This document shows positions 1-7,274 of a DNA stretch of 14,690 bases, one piece after another; positions within the stretch are counted from its first letter, which is position 1, and the number at the start of each line of letters is the position of its first letter. The DNA is taken from positions 1-14,690 of the forward strand of contig JBQTJP010000214.1 of NCBI GenBank assembly GCA_052386995.1, read 5' to 3'. This DNA comes from Armatimonadota bacterium (GTDB taxonomy: Bacteria > Sysuimicrobiota > Sysuimicrobiia > Sysuimicrobiales > Humicultoraceae). Both the position numbers and the translations under genes were made by a program. A model generated the notes under the pieces. It made no database searches and was not told the origin of the DNA. It worked only from the letters and a program-made list of their open reading frames with translations.

Positions 1-190
1 CCACCACCGAGCTGAACGCGGGGTCTACTGGTTCGTTGAAGACGGCCACCAGCCGTGAGGGCGGCACGGCCAGCGACGCGCTTGCGGGCGGCTCCGAGCG
101 TTCGATGACAGCGTGGGCGAAGGCGAAGGGAGCTCCCGCCAGCCAGAGGACTGACGCCAGGATTACTATGGGGATATAAACCAAAAACAT
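1..190 (-). CDS. copC: CopC-family copper-binding protein (possibly a CopC-CopD fusion), N-terminal part; runs off the left edge
   Basis: Not in the ORF track. Manual translation from ATG 190: [63 protein letters not shown]. Signal peptide ending AFA, then His1 and the CopC pattern HA..x.S.P......P..L...F.EPV. Confidence 0.85.
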   Translation of the reverse strand, partial: MFLVYIPIVILASVLWLAGAPFAFAHAVIERSEPPASASLAVPPSRLVAVFNEPVDPAFSSVV

Positions 191-248
191 AGCTCGGTTG
201 AGGGGAGAAGCGCCGTACCCTGCCGGATGGTCGGTTGGCCTCCCGCGC

Positions 249-599
249 TTATCTGTCGGGCGGTACGCCGATCGAATCGGAGTCGATCCTTGCCTCGAAC
301 CTGTAGAAGGTTGCGGCCTCCCGGATCCGATCCGGGCCGACGAGCGTAGGATCGTAGCGGACGAGAGCGCCCCCCATCCAGACATCAGCGGATGTCACCC
401 CTCGTAACCGGGTCAGGCGGGCCGTCACGGCCCCGATGCACCCGGGGCAGTACATTCCCTCAATACGGAGTGTCACTCGGGCGTCTCTCAGGGAAGGTAT
501 GCCCGCCGCGACCTGCACCGTACCCTGGCCGCCCGCCTGGATACTAAGGACGGCGTTCAGGGCGGACCTGGCACCGTAGGTCATGAGGGCCCAGACGGC
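249..599 (-). CDS. Heavy-metal-associated (HMA, MerP/CopZ-like) domain; either the C-terminal part of a frameshifted MerT-HMA fusion or a separate gene from ATG 584
   Basis: [39 protein letters not shown] matches the HMA GMxCxxC pattern. ATG 584 overlaps the upstream TGA (ATGA), but the frame also supplies AVWALMTYG, which would complete a TM helix of the upstream protein. Confidence 0.8.
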   Translation of the reverse strand, partial: AVWALMTYGARSALNAVLSIQAGGQGTVQVAAGIPSLRDARVTLRIEGMYCPGCIGAVTARLTRLRGVTSADVWMGGALVRYDPTLVGPDRIREAATFYRFEARIDSDSIGVPPDR

Positions 600-952
600 G
601 CGACGAACACGAGCCCGGCGGGAACGATGCTCGCCCGCAGCCGCCACAATGCCGCGAGTCTGAAGTCGCCTCCGAGCCTCCGTCGCGCGTGGAGGAAGAG
701 GAGGCCCGCCATGGCCACCGCCGCGGCTACTGGGGCGAAGCGGACCAGGCCTGACGCTGCGCCAAGGCCCCCCAGCCCCACGGCCGCGAGCATAAGGGGG
801 ATCGTGCAGCATGCCGATCCCATCACGCCAAGGGCGGCGCCTGCCCGGCCCAGCCTGCTCGCATCCTGAGCGTGGCAAGTTTCGTCCAGCGGGCCGCAGC
901 GGCCGAGCCCTTCCACTGGTCAGTTCACCACTGGCTCAGCGCTCCTTGACAT
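581..952 (-). CDS. MerT/MerF-like metal-transport membrane protein; probable start ATG 952 with in-frame TGA at 920-922 (candidate Sec11)
   Basis: TM1 GVMGSACCTIPLMLAAVGLGG resembles the MerT ACC..P..L..LG.G motif, followed by further hydrophobic helices. ATG 952 follows a purine-rich stretch (GAGGAGCGAGGGG) and reads MSRSAEPVVN-TGA-PVEGLGRCGPLDETCH in frame with the 581..916 ORF. Confidence 0.7.
886..919 (-). promoter_or_regulatory. Candidate SECIS-like hairpin immediately 3' of UGA 920-922
   Basis: mRNA CCAGUG...CGCUGG lower stem with an apical GGCCG-CUG-CGGCC stem-loop, starting at the first base after UGA. Folded by eye; GC-rich DNA forms hairpins easily. Confidence 0.4.
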
Positions 953-986
953 CCCCTCGCTCCTCGACCCGCTCCGCTTGACGTGG

Positions 987-1400
987 CTACTCCGTCACGG
1001 TCAACGTAGCCTTCATCCCCGCTTCCTCATGCCCAGGGATGTCGCAGACCACGGTGTAGGTTCCGTGCTTGAGGTCCACCCTAGCCTCCTTGGTCATCCC
1101 CGGCTGGAGGCCCTCCACGCGCACGTTCAGTTCCTTGATCACGAAGTTGTGCTCGACCGCGCCGTTGTTCTTGATCACAAACCTCACGTTCCCGGCCTTG
1201 ACCGCAGCCCCGCCGAAACCGATGGCCCATTCCTCCTCGGTCACGTTCACCGCAGCCCCGCGCGCAGGACTCGGCTGGCCACCGGTCTGCTGTTCGCCCC
1301 TGCCGCCGCAGCCCGTCACGACGAGCGCGACGGTGAGGATCAGCAGACCGAGCCATACGTGCGTCCAGGCATTCGCAACCCTTAGCTCAAATAGCGTCAA
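987..1400 (-). CDS. Cupredoxin (type-1 blue copper) lipoprotein
   Basis: Lipobox-like LVVTGC; type-1 Cu ligands HNF ... C-DIPG-H-EEAG-M. TTG start is uncertain. Confidence 0.88.
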   Translation of the reverse strand: MTLFELRVANAWTHVWLGLLILTVALVVTGCGGRGEQQTGGQPSPARGAAVNVTEEEWAIGFGGAAVKAGNVRFVIKNNGAVEHNFVIKELNVRVEGLQPGMTKEARVDLKHGTYTVVCDIPGHEEAGMKATLTVTE

Positions 1401-1413
1401 AACGTTCCCCCAT

Positions 1414-2130
1414 CTATCGCAGGAACAGCAGCGAGCGTCCGACGGTTACCTGATAGTAGATCAGATAACTGCCCGAAAGGATCAGGCCGACCGCCCCTAG
1501 CGTGCGTACATGGGGGACAAGGCTGCGTAGTCCCCGCACGATGACGCCCTTGCCGGTGGCGACCGCAAGAGACAATGCCAGCAGCATACTCCCCATCCCC
1601 AGACCGTAGGCGATGAACACCATGACCCCACCGAGAAGCCCCCCGGCAGCCAGGGCCTGCGTCACCACGACCAGGAAGATGGGCAGCGTGCACCCCAGCG
1701 ACGCGATGCCATAGCCGGCGCCAAAGAGCAGAAGTCCGCTTACCCGCCGGTCGGTCACCACTTCAGGCCTGTAGGAGAAGGGATTGCTAAGGGCGAGTCC
1801 CACCTGGGCCGATCGACGGAGGAGCATCACGAGTCCAAGTACGACGATGGCCACGCCAATCGCGATGTTCGCCCACGGGAAATAGCGCAAAATCCCCCGG
1901 CTGGCCAGTGACAGCACCGCACCGATCGTCCCAAAGACGCCCAAGACCCCGAGCGTCATCGCAATGCCGCCCTGCAGCCCCCCGATGAGGCCGCGGAACG
2001 GGCTGGCAGCGTCTTCCTCACGCCCCAGGAAGTAGGCAACATAGGCCGGCAGCATGGCAAACCCACAGGGGTTCAGGGTCGCGGCTGCGCCGGCCGATAC
2101 CGCGAACGCAAGAAATCCGGGGTCAGGCAC
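1414..2130 (-). CDS. ccdA: CcdA / DsbD-transmembrane-domain electron transporter
   Basis: Multi-TM protein with LNPCGFAMLPAY and SLGCTLP, carrying the two conserved redox Cys of CcdA. Confidence 0.9.
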   Translation of the reverse strand: MPDPGFLAFAVSAGAAATLNPCGFAMLPAYVAYFLGREEDAASPFRGLIGGLQGGIAMTLGVLGVFGTIGAVLSLASRGILRYFPWANIAIGVAIVVLGLVMLLRRSAQVGLALSNPFSYRPEVVTDRRVSGLLLFGAGYGIASLGCTLPIFLVVVTQALAAGGLLGGVMVFIAYGLGMGSMLLALSLAVATGKGVIVRGLRSLVPHVRTLGAVGLILSGSYLIYYQVTVGRSLLFLR

Positions 2131-2164
2131 CTAGCTTCACCGTCCGGTCGCGGTCACGCTCATG

Positions 2165-2803
2165 TCACTGACCGCTCCTACGACCAATCCCTACAGTCGC
2201 CAGGGCCCGGACCCACGTATTGTAGTCGGCGGGATAGAAGTCCGTGTAGTGAATCGTCCCTGAGCGGTTGAGCACGTATTTGGTGTCGAGATAGCGGAGA
2301 CCATATTTCTTGACCATGTTGTCGCCGTCCAGCGCATAATACCAGGTCTTCGGAAAGCCAAACCGATCTCGATACTCGCGGAGGTCATTATCCGTCTGTT
2401 TGGGATCCACGAACACAACCAGCACGTTGAACGGCGTCCCACCGATGTCCCCCTGGAACTTCATCAGCTGCATCAACCCTTCGATGCATGGCAGGCACCA
2501 CGTCGCCGTGAAGAACATGAGTCCGGGCCTCTCCGCTACAAGGCTGGAGCGGGTTACCGTCACTCGATTAATGTCTATCAAACGAAAGTCGGGGGCCGTG
2601 TCCCCCACCCGCGTCCCGATGACTCCCGAGGCCGCGACCGAAGGCGCTCCAGGCTGCCGCTGGGAGGCCATGCTGGTGAAGATCGCTGCGAAGATCGCAA
2701 CGGCAAGAATGCCCAGGCCGGCCCAGAGAAGTCCATTGCGCCGGGACCCAGCAACCACCCGCTGCGGCTGTTGCTGCCGGTCTCTACCGGACTTTTGCGT
2801 CAT
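2165..2803 (-). CDS. Membrane-anchored TlpA/ResA-like thioredoxin-fold disulfide reductase
   Basis: N-terminal TM anchor, VGDTAPDFRL, FFTATWCLPC active site; adjacent to ccdA. Start placed at ATG 2803 because the longer ORF overlaps the upstream gene. Confidence 0.88.
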   Translation of the reverse strand: MTQKSGRDRQQQPQRVVAGSRRNGLLWAGLGILAVAIFAAIFTSMASQRQPGAPSVAASGVIGTRVGDTAPDFRLIDINRVTVTRSSLVAERPGLMFFTATWCLPCIEGLMQLMKFQGDIGGTPFNVLVVFVDPKQTDNDLREYRDRFGFPKTWYYALDGDNMVKKYGLRYLDTKYVLNRSGTIHYTDFYPADYNTWVRALATVGIGRRSGQ

Positions 2804-2867
2804 CTTCTTCGCCCCCAGAGCAACGATCCTCGTGAGTCGCTCTCCGCGGTTGGCACTTCGCGCGGCC

Positions 2868-4049
2868 TTACCTGGACTCCGCGCCGATATGCACAAACCA
2901 CAGGTGGTCAGCCACCACATCCCGGGAATCTTTCGAGCCAAGCACGGCCAGGGTGGGCCCGGCGAGACGGAGAAGGTGCGCCATACCTGGGAGCGTTCCC
3001 CGCCAGATGACCTGGCCCGCGGGATCCCGAATCTCAACGCGAGACCCTTCGGCGATCGCGGCCCGTCCATCGCTGGCCACGGTGACGGCCGCGCGTTTTG
3101 CGTCAGACCGCCATGCGATCTTGCCTGTGCCAGACACCAGGGCGCCCTGAGCGCCCATCAAGTCCCCGACGGCCACCCACTTCCCCCAGGCGTCCACCTG
3201 TACGAGCGGGATCGTTCCTTCTTGAAGGGTGTGCCTCCATACCCATCGCCCGTTCGAGAGCATGGCGACGACAACCCTGGCATCCCGGCTCTGCCATGGG
3301 TCGCGCTTCCAGGCAATGGCGATCCGGTCGCCCTTGACCGTTGGCGCTACGGCGACAGGAAGCGCCGGCTCTAAGGGGATGCGCTTCAACACCGAACCGC
3401 TGGCTCCGGCCAGGATTGAGACCGCCTCCAGCGTCGCCGCAACGACAGTCCGACCGTCGCCGGAGATCGCAAGGTCCAGCAGGTCTTCACCAATTTGGGT
3501 GCTCCACAGTGGCTCCGGCCGGCCTCGCTGGAAGGCCGTGATACGGCCGCTCGATTGCCCCGCGACGATGATCCGGCCGTCACGAGAGAGCTTCAGCGCC
3601 GTATTGAACGCTGGGTCCTTCAACGCGGCATCCATCAACTTCGCACCGCTGGGGCTGAAGAGTTCGACACGATCGGCCCCTCCAATGGCCACAACCTGTC
3701 CATCAGAGGTCGTGGAGAATACCGGGAACGCGCAGCAACTGACGGCCGGGAGAACGAGATGCGAATGAAGTCGCCGTGCCTGCAGATCCACCACATATAC
3801 AAGCCGCTCCGGGAACCCTTTCTCACGGTCGAAGGTCACAGCGTTCGCTACGGCGAGCTGCCCGTTCTCGCTCAGGAGGACGTCCGCGACGCTACTGCGC
3901 GGCAGCCGCAGAAGTCCGTGGCCGGCTTCTCGCTCCAGATCGGTCGAAGTCCCACCGGCTGAAGCCAGCCCCACCATCACCACAAGGAGCCCTGCCAGAG
4001 CGATGATCGGATACCGGAACCTTACGGGCCAGCGCTGATTCACATCCAT
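2868..4049 (-). CDS. Exported beta-propeller (WD40/PQQ-like repeat) protein of unknown function
   Basis: GGAGG upstream of ATG 4049; signal-peptide-like N-terminus; repeated blades (LSENGQLAVA, TSDGQVVAIG, LSRDGRIIVAG, ISGDGRTVVAA, VASDGRAAIA) and outer-strand Trp (PLWS, WVWR, IAWR, VIWR); vicinal CC (VSCCAFP). Confidence 0.75.
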   Translation of the reverse strand: MDVNQRWPVRFRYPIIALAGLLVVMVGLASAGGTSTDLEREAGHGLLRLPRSSVADVLLSENGQLAVANAVTFDREKGFPERLVYVVDLQARRLHSHLVLPAVSCCAFPVFSTTSDGQVVAIGGADRVELFSPSGAKLMDAALKDPAFNTALKLSRDGRIIVAGQSSGRITAFQRGRPEPLWSTQIGEDLLDLAISGDGRTVVAATLEAVSILAGASGSVLKRIPLEPALPVAVAPTVKGDRIAIAWKRDPWQSRDARVVVAMLSNGRWVWRHTLQEGTIPLVQVDAWGKWVAVGDLMGAQGALVSGTGKIAWRSDAKRAAVTVASDGRAAIAEGSRVEIRDPAGQVIWRGTLPGMAHLLRLAGPTLAVLGSKDSRDVVADHLWFVHIGAESR

Positions 4050-4144
4050 AGGGTCCTCCACGGCGTTATCGTGATTGCGCGCCCACAGACTGGCCCTGGG
4101 ATACCGCTGACCGTCTGCGGACCGACTAGATTGGTGCGAGGATA

Positions 4145-4474
4145 TCAGCGCTGGGAGACCTGGAAAAGTGCAAGCAGGGGCGGACCAGTAGCCCTGGAAC
4201 GAGGCAGGAGCAGAGGCGACCGAAAGCCCTCAGGACCACTCAGACCCCGTCCTACGGTGGAAGTCCGCTGCCGATCTGTGGCCCAAACGACCGGCACCGT
4301 GACCGCGGCGATCCCAATGAGGAACAGACACCCGGCGACGAGCACGTCGGAGTCCGCAGGGTGAAAATCCAGGATGCTTCCTGCCACCGCGAACGGCGTC
4401 ATGAGTGCAAGAAGGCCAAACCCGAGGAATTTCGGAGACAAGAACCACCGGTTTCGGGCAGCGACTCTGCTCAC
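4145..4474 (-). CDS. Small two-TM hypothetical protein, first ORF after an internal promoter (possible regulatory leader)
   Basis: GAGGT SD before GTG 4474; two hydrophobic segments; Pro/Arg-rich C-terminus PRSRATGPPLL. Confidence 0.5.
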   Translation of the reverse strand: MSRVAARNRWFLSPKFLGFGLLALMTPFAVAGSILDFHPADSDVLVAGCLFLIGIAAVTVPVVWATDRQRTSTVGRGLSGPEGFRSPLLLPRSRATGPPLLALFQVSQR

Positions 4475-4507
4475 CGAGTGACCTCAACGATCTCGTATAC
4501 GTATCTT

Positions 4508-4537
4508 AGTCTAGTTGCTCAGGATCGGAGGTGTCAA
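4508..4537 (-). promoter_or_regulatory. Sigma70-type promoter for the leader/propeller/tlpA/ccdA/cupredoxin/merT/copC unit
   Basis: TTGACA (4537-4532), 18-nt spacer, TAGACT (4513-4508), lying in the intergenic gap. Confidence 0.65.
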
Positions 4538-4564
4538 CCAGCGACGCAGGCATGTCTCGACAGG

Positions 4565-5964
4565 TCAGCCGCAGCAGGACAGCCGACCCGGGCCCTCTAC
4601 CAGGGTCTTCGCCGCGGCCCGCACCATCTCCGGAATGGTCGGGTGTGGATGAATGGTGTTGGCGATATCCATCACGGTCAGGCCCTTGCGGATGGCCAGG
4701 ACCCCCTCCATGATGATCTCGTTGGCCAGGTGGCTTACTATATGCCACCCGAGAAGCTTGCCGGTCTTGTCATCGGTCACAAGCTTCACGAATCCCTGTG
4801 TTTCGCCGATGGCTGGGCCTTTGCCCATGTCCTTGAGATAGACCTTCACCGTCCGGACGTTGTACCCGGCTTCCTGCGCCTCCTTCTCCGAGAGCCCCAC
4901 GCTGCCGACCTGGGGCTCGGTGAAGGTCACGCGTGGAACAGCCATGTAGTCAGCCTCGAGCGCCACCTCAGAGACGGCATTGTTCGTGGCGATCTCGCCT
5001 TCGTAAACGGACTTGTGGGTGAAGAGATAACCCCCCGCCACGTCGCCGGCGGTCAAGATGTGCTCCTGGGAGGTTCGCAATTCGCTGTCCTTGACCACAA
5101 ACCCGCGTTCGACCACGACGCCGGCCGCCTGGACGCCGAGCCCCTCCGTCAGCGGCTTCCGTCCCGTGGCCACCAGGATCTCCTCAGCGGTGAAGGTCCT
5201 GGTTCCTTCTGTGGTCTCCGCGGTGACTACCTTGTCGCCGCCGCGTCGCGCCACACGGACGACCCGGGCGTTGGTATGGATCTCGATGCCCTCCGCTTCC
5301 ATATACTCTTGGATTGCAGCCGAGATCTCCTCGTCTTCCTGGGGCAGGGCGCGAGGGAGCATCTCCAGGACGGTCACCCGGGAGCCCAGCGGGGCGAAGA
5401 ACTCGGCGAACTCCAGGCCGACGGCACCGGCCCCGATGATCACAACCGACTTGGGTAGCGCCTGCAAGTCCAGGCCTCGTCGCTCGTAATAAAGCCGGTT
5501 TCCTTGAGCCCCTCGATCGGTGGGACGGCCGGAACCGATCCTGTCGCGATGACGAACCGTTCTCCCCGGATGACCTGCCCGTTCACCTGGAGCTCATGGG
5601 GAGAGGTAAACCGGGCGCTCGCCTCAAACAAGGGAATGCCGTTTTCTTTCAGCATCCGCAGGAACGCTTCGTTCTCGACCGACTTCTTCACGATGGCGTC
5701 CTTGCGGGCAATGATCTTCCGGAAATCTACGCCCAGATCGGACGCCCTGAGCCCGAACTCGCCAGCCCGGCGCATCAACCGCATAATCTCTGAAGACCTT
5801 AACAAGGCCTTTGTGGGGATGCACCCCCGGTTGACTCAGGTTCCGCCTAACTCGCCCCTCTCGATGATCGCCGCCTTCGCCCCCATCACCGCGGCCTTGC
5901 CGATGGCCGCAAATCCCGCCATCCCGGCGCCGATAACAACGACATCGAAGTCACGTGTGGGCAT
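4565..5964 (-). CDS. MerA/dihydrolipoamide-dehydrogenase-family flavoprotein disulfide reductase; candidate selenoprotein (U43), with an apparent 1-nt frameshift near 5473
   Basis: AGGGAGG SD then ATG 5964: MPTRDFDVVVIGAGMAG...IIERGELGGT-TGA-VNRGCIPTKALL. Later motifs IATGS, IIGAGAVGLE, ATGRKP, AGDVAG, PRVTFTEPQVGSVG, IHPHPTIPE, and C-terminal LSCCG. Adding one C (GCC-CTG) restores TSDEALDLQALPKS and gives a 466-aa protein. Confidence 0.9.
5793..5835 (-). promoter_or_regulatory. Candidate SECIS region downstream of UGA 5836-5838
   Basis: Two possible mRNA hairpins: GGGGG-UGCA-UCCCC (5828-5815) and AAGGCCUU-GUU-AAGGUCUU (5811-5793). The second has a loop beginning with G, 32 nt after UGA. Folded by eye. 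Confidence 0.45.
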
Positions 5965-6004
5965 GACCGGGCCTCCCTGTAAAACCATCCACTACAGGTT
6001 CGTC

Positions 6005-6235
6005 TCAGTCCTCGACTCGCTCAACCGGATACCCGACCCCTTCGATCGCCTTCACGATCTCTTCCAGGGACACCTTATCCGGCTCGAAGGCCACCTTCAC
6101 CGTGCTCTGGGTAAGATTGCCGCTGACCTTTTGTGTGCCGGGCAGCCGCTTCACGCCGCCGGCGATGGTGGTCACGCAGTCTGCGCATGTGATGCCGCGT
6201 ACCTTGATCGTCTTCGTCTGCAGCTCAGATGCCAT
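6005..6235 (-). CDS. Stand-alone HMA metallochaperone (CopZ/NmerA-like)
   Basis: IKVRGITCADC...VKVAFEPDKVSLEEIVKAIEGVGY; strong GGAGG SD; no signal peptide. Confidence 0.92.
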   Translation of the reverse strand: MASELQTKTIKVRGITCADCVTTIAGGVKRLPGTQKVSGNLTQSTVKVAFEPDKVSLEEIVKAIEGVGYPVERVED

Positions 6236-6248
6236 GGCTTGCTCCCTC

Positions 6249-6779
6249 CTACGATTCGGGCGCGATCGCGTGTGCTGGTGTCACTTCGCCGCCACGGCCC
6301 TGCTTGCCGTGCCGCCTCGCAGTCACGGGCACGCGGGCCTTCCTCATTGCCCTCTGGACGTTGCCCAAACAGCAGCGCCCCGACGGGTTCTTGATCTCGC
6401 ACGCGCACAGCCCGGCTTTGACGTTCGCCGCAATTTCCTTGAAAATTCTGCCCTCCCCATGCCGCTCCACGTCCTCGATGATATCCCGCTCCGTGAAGTC
6501 AAAGCAGTAGCAGACAGGGATCGGATCTTCGGTCTCCTTTACGCCGACTCGCACGGTAAGGTCGTCCTTGTCGAAGTAGTGAAACGGTACGTCAGCGAAG
6601 TACACGATGTCGCACTCGGGCGTCTGGCAGAAGTAGTATGGCTCGTCGACCATCTCGACGCGCTTCTCCGACTTGAGCAGATGCTCCAGGGTCTCTCGCG
6701 GCACGGGGAGACCGCGCGCTCCACAGATCATGCAAGACCCAGGCTCGCCGGTCGCACCGAGGATACAGCAGCTAGCCAT
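6249..6779 (-). CDS. Cys-rich Zn/[2Fe-2S]-binding metallochaperone resembling the N-terminal domain of Archaeoglobus CopZ
   Basis: CMIC, YYFCQTPECDIVYF, PVCYCF, CACEIKNPSGRCC pattern; AAGGAG SD. Confidence 0.85.
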   Translation of the reverse strand: MASCCILGATGEPGSCMICGARGLPVPRETLEHLLKSEKRVEMVDEPYYFCQTPECDIVYFADVPFHYFDKDDLTVRVGVKETEDPIPVCYCFDFTERDIIEDVERHGEGRIFKEIAANVKAGLCACEIKNPSGRCCLGNVQRAMRKARVPVTARRHGKQGRGGEVTPAHAIAPES

Positions 6780-6809
6780 GAACCATCTCCTTCAAGCGTC
6801 CCGGCCCCC

Positions 6810-6938
6810 CTACCGGACGGTCACCGGCTCTCGTCCCCGCTCGTCCTCTTTGGGGCGAGCCTCCTCGGTCTTCTTCTCGACCCTGGTCTCTTCGGTCTCA
6901 TCTTCCCTACGTATGACTGGACCGCAGCATCCACACAT
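6810..6938 (-). CDS. 42-aa microprotein with N-terminal MCGCC motif and a charged tail
   Basis: GGAGGGAG SD upstream of ATG 6938; MCGCCGPVIRREDETEETRVEKKTEEARPKEDERGREPVTVR; first ORF after the predicted promoter. Confidence 0.65.
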   Translation of the reverse strand: MCGCCGPVIRREDETEETRVEKKTEEARPKEDERGREPVTVR

Positions 6939-6971
6939 GTGCTCTCCCTCCGTCTCCTCTGTAAGTGGCAG

Positions 6972-7003
6972 AGTCCCTGGCGGGTCCCTTCGCTCCAGGG
7001 ACT
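6972..7003. repeat. Perfect 9-bp inverted repeat in the 5' leader of the metal operon
   Basis: AGTCCCTGG-N14-CCAGGGACT. Confidence 0.6.
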
Positions 7004-7027
7004 GGCGCGTCACTGTCCGCGATTTTC

Positions 7028-7056
7028 ATTATATACGGCAGAACGTTTGCAATCTA
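7028..7056 (-). promoter_or_regulatory. Probable sigma70 promoter of the microprotein/chaperone/reductase operon
   Basis: Perfect TATAAT (7033-7028), 17-nt spacer, weak -35 TAGATT (7056-7051), in an AT-rich patch. Confidence 0.55.
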
Positions 7057-7274
7057 TTCCAACCTGCCTTGGGGCGAAACCGGTATCACCCAACGGCCGG
7101 CACGTTTTCTCCTCCAGCGCCGGTTTGACTAACCTCGGGTATGACCTGTCCGCCATTTTCAGCGCCGGAGGGGAGTTCTTCATTTTTGCCCCGCTGCTCG
7201 AACACCCGGTCCACTATGGGTGTGGCCATGGCCGCCAGGGGTGACGCGACGAAGAATCCGACCACCCCCAGGAG

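Noticed and set aside
4494..4537. MerR- or CsoR-type operator at the internal promoter
   Set aside because: Spacer is 18 nt without dyad symmetry. The nearby short palindromes (CGTATACG, ATACGTAT) lack the G/C-tract core typical of CsoR sites.
4565..4567. Terminal TGA after SCCG as another Sec
   Set aside because: It falls at the normal family C-terminus, and the read-through sequence runs into the next promoter with no recognisable motif.
4565..5805. Treating 5440..5805 and 4565..5467 as two genes, or naming the gene lpdA or merA
   Set aside because: They are consecutive parts of one reductase fold. The mixed motifs and absence of 2-oxoacid dehydrogenase or merR context prevent a confident gene symbol.
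7086..7229. 47-aa minus-strand ORF (MATPIVDRVF...) between the operon promoter and xis
   Set aside because: No SD and no recognisable motif; probably intergenic.
2400..7244. Long + strand ORFs (2400..3374, 4361..5458, 5504..6394, 6102..7244)
   Set aside because: Antisense shadows of well-supported minus-strand genes in high-GC DNA; no recognisable motifs.
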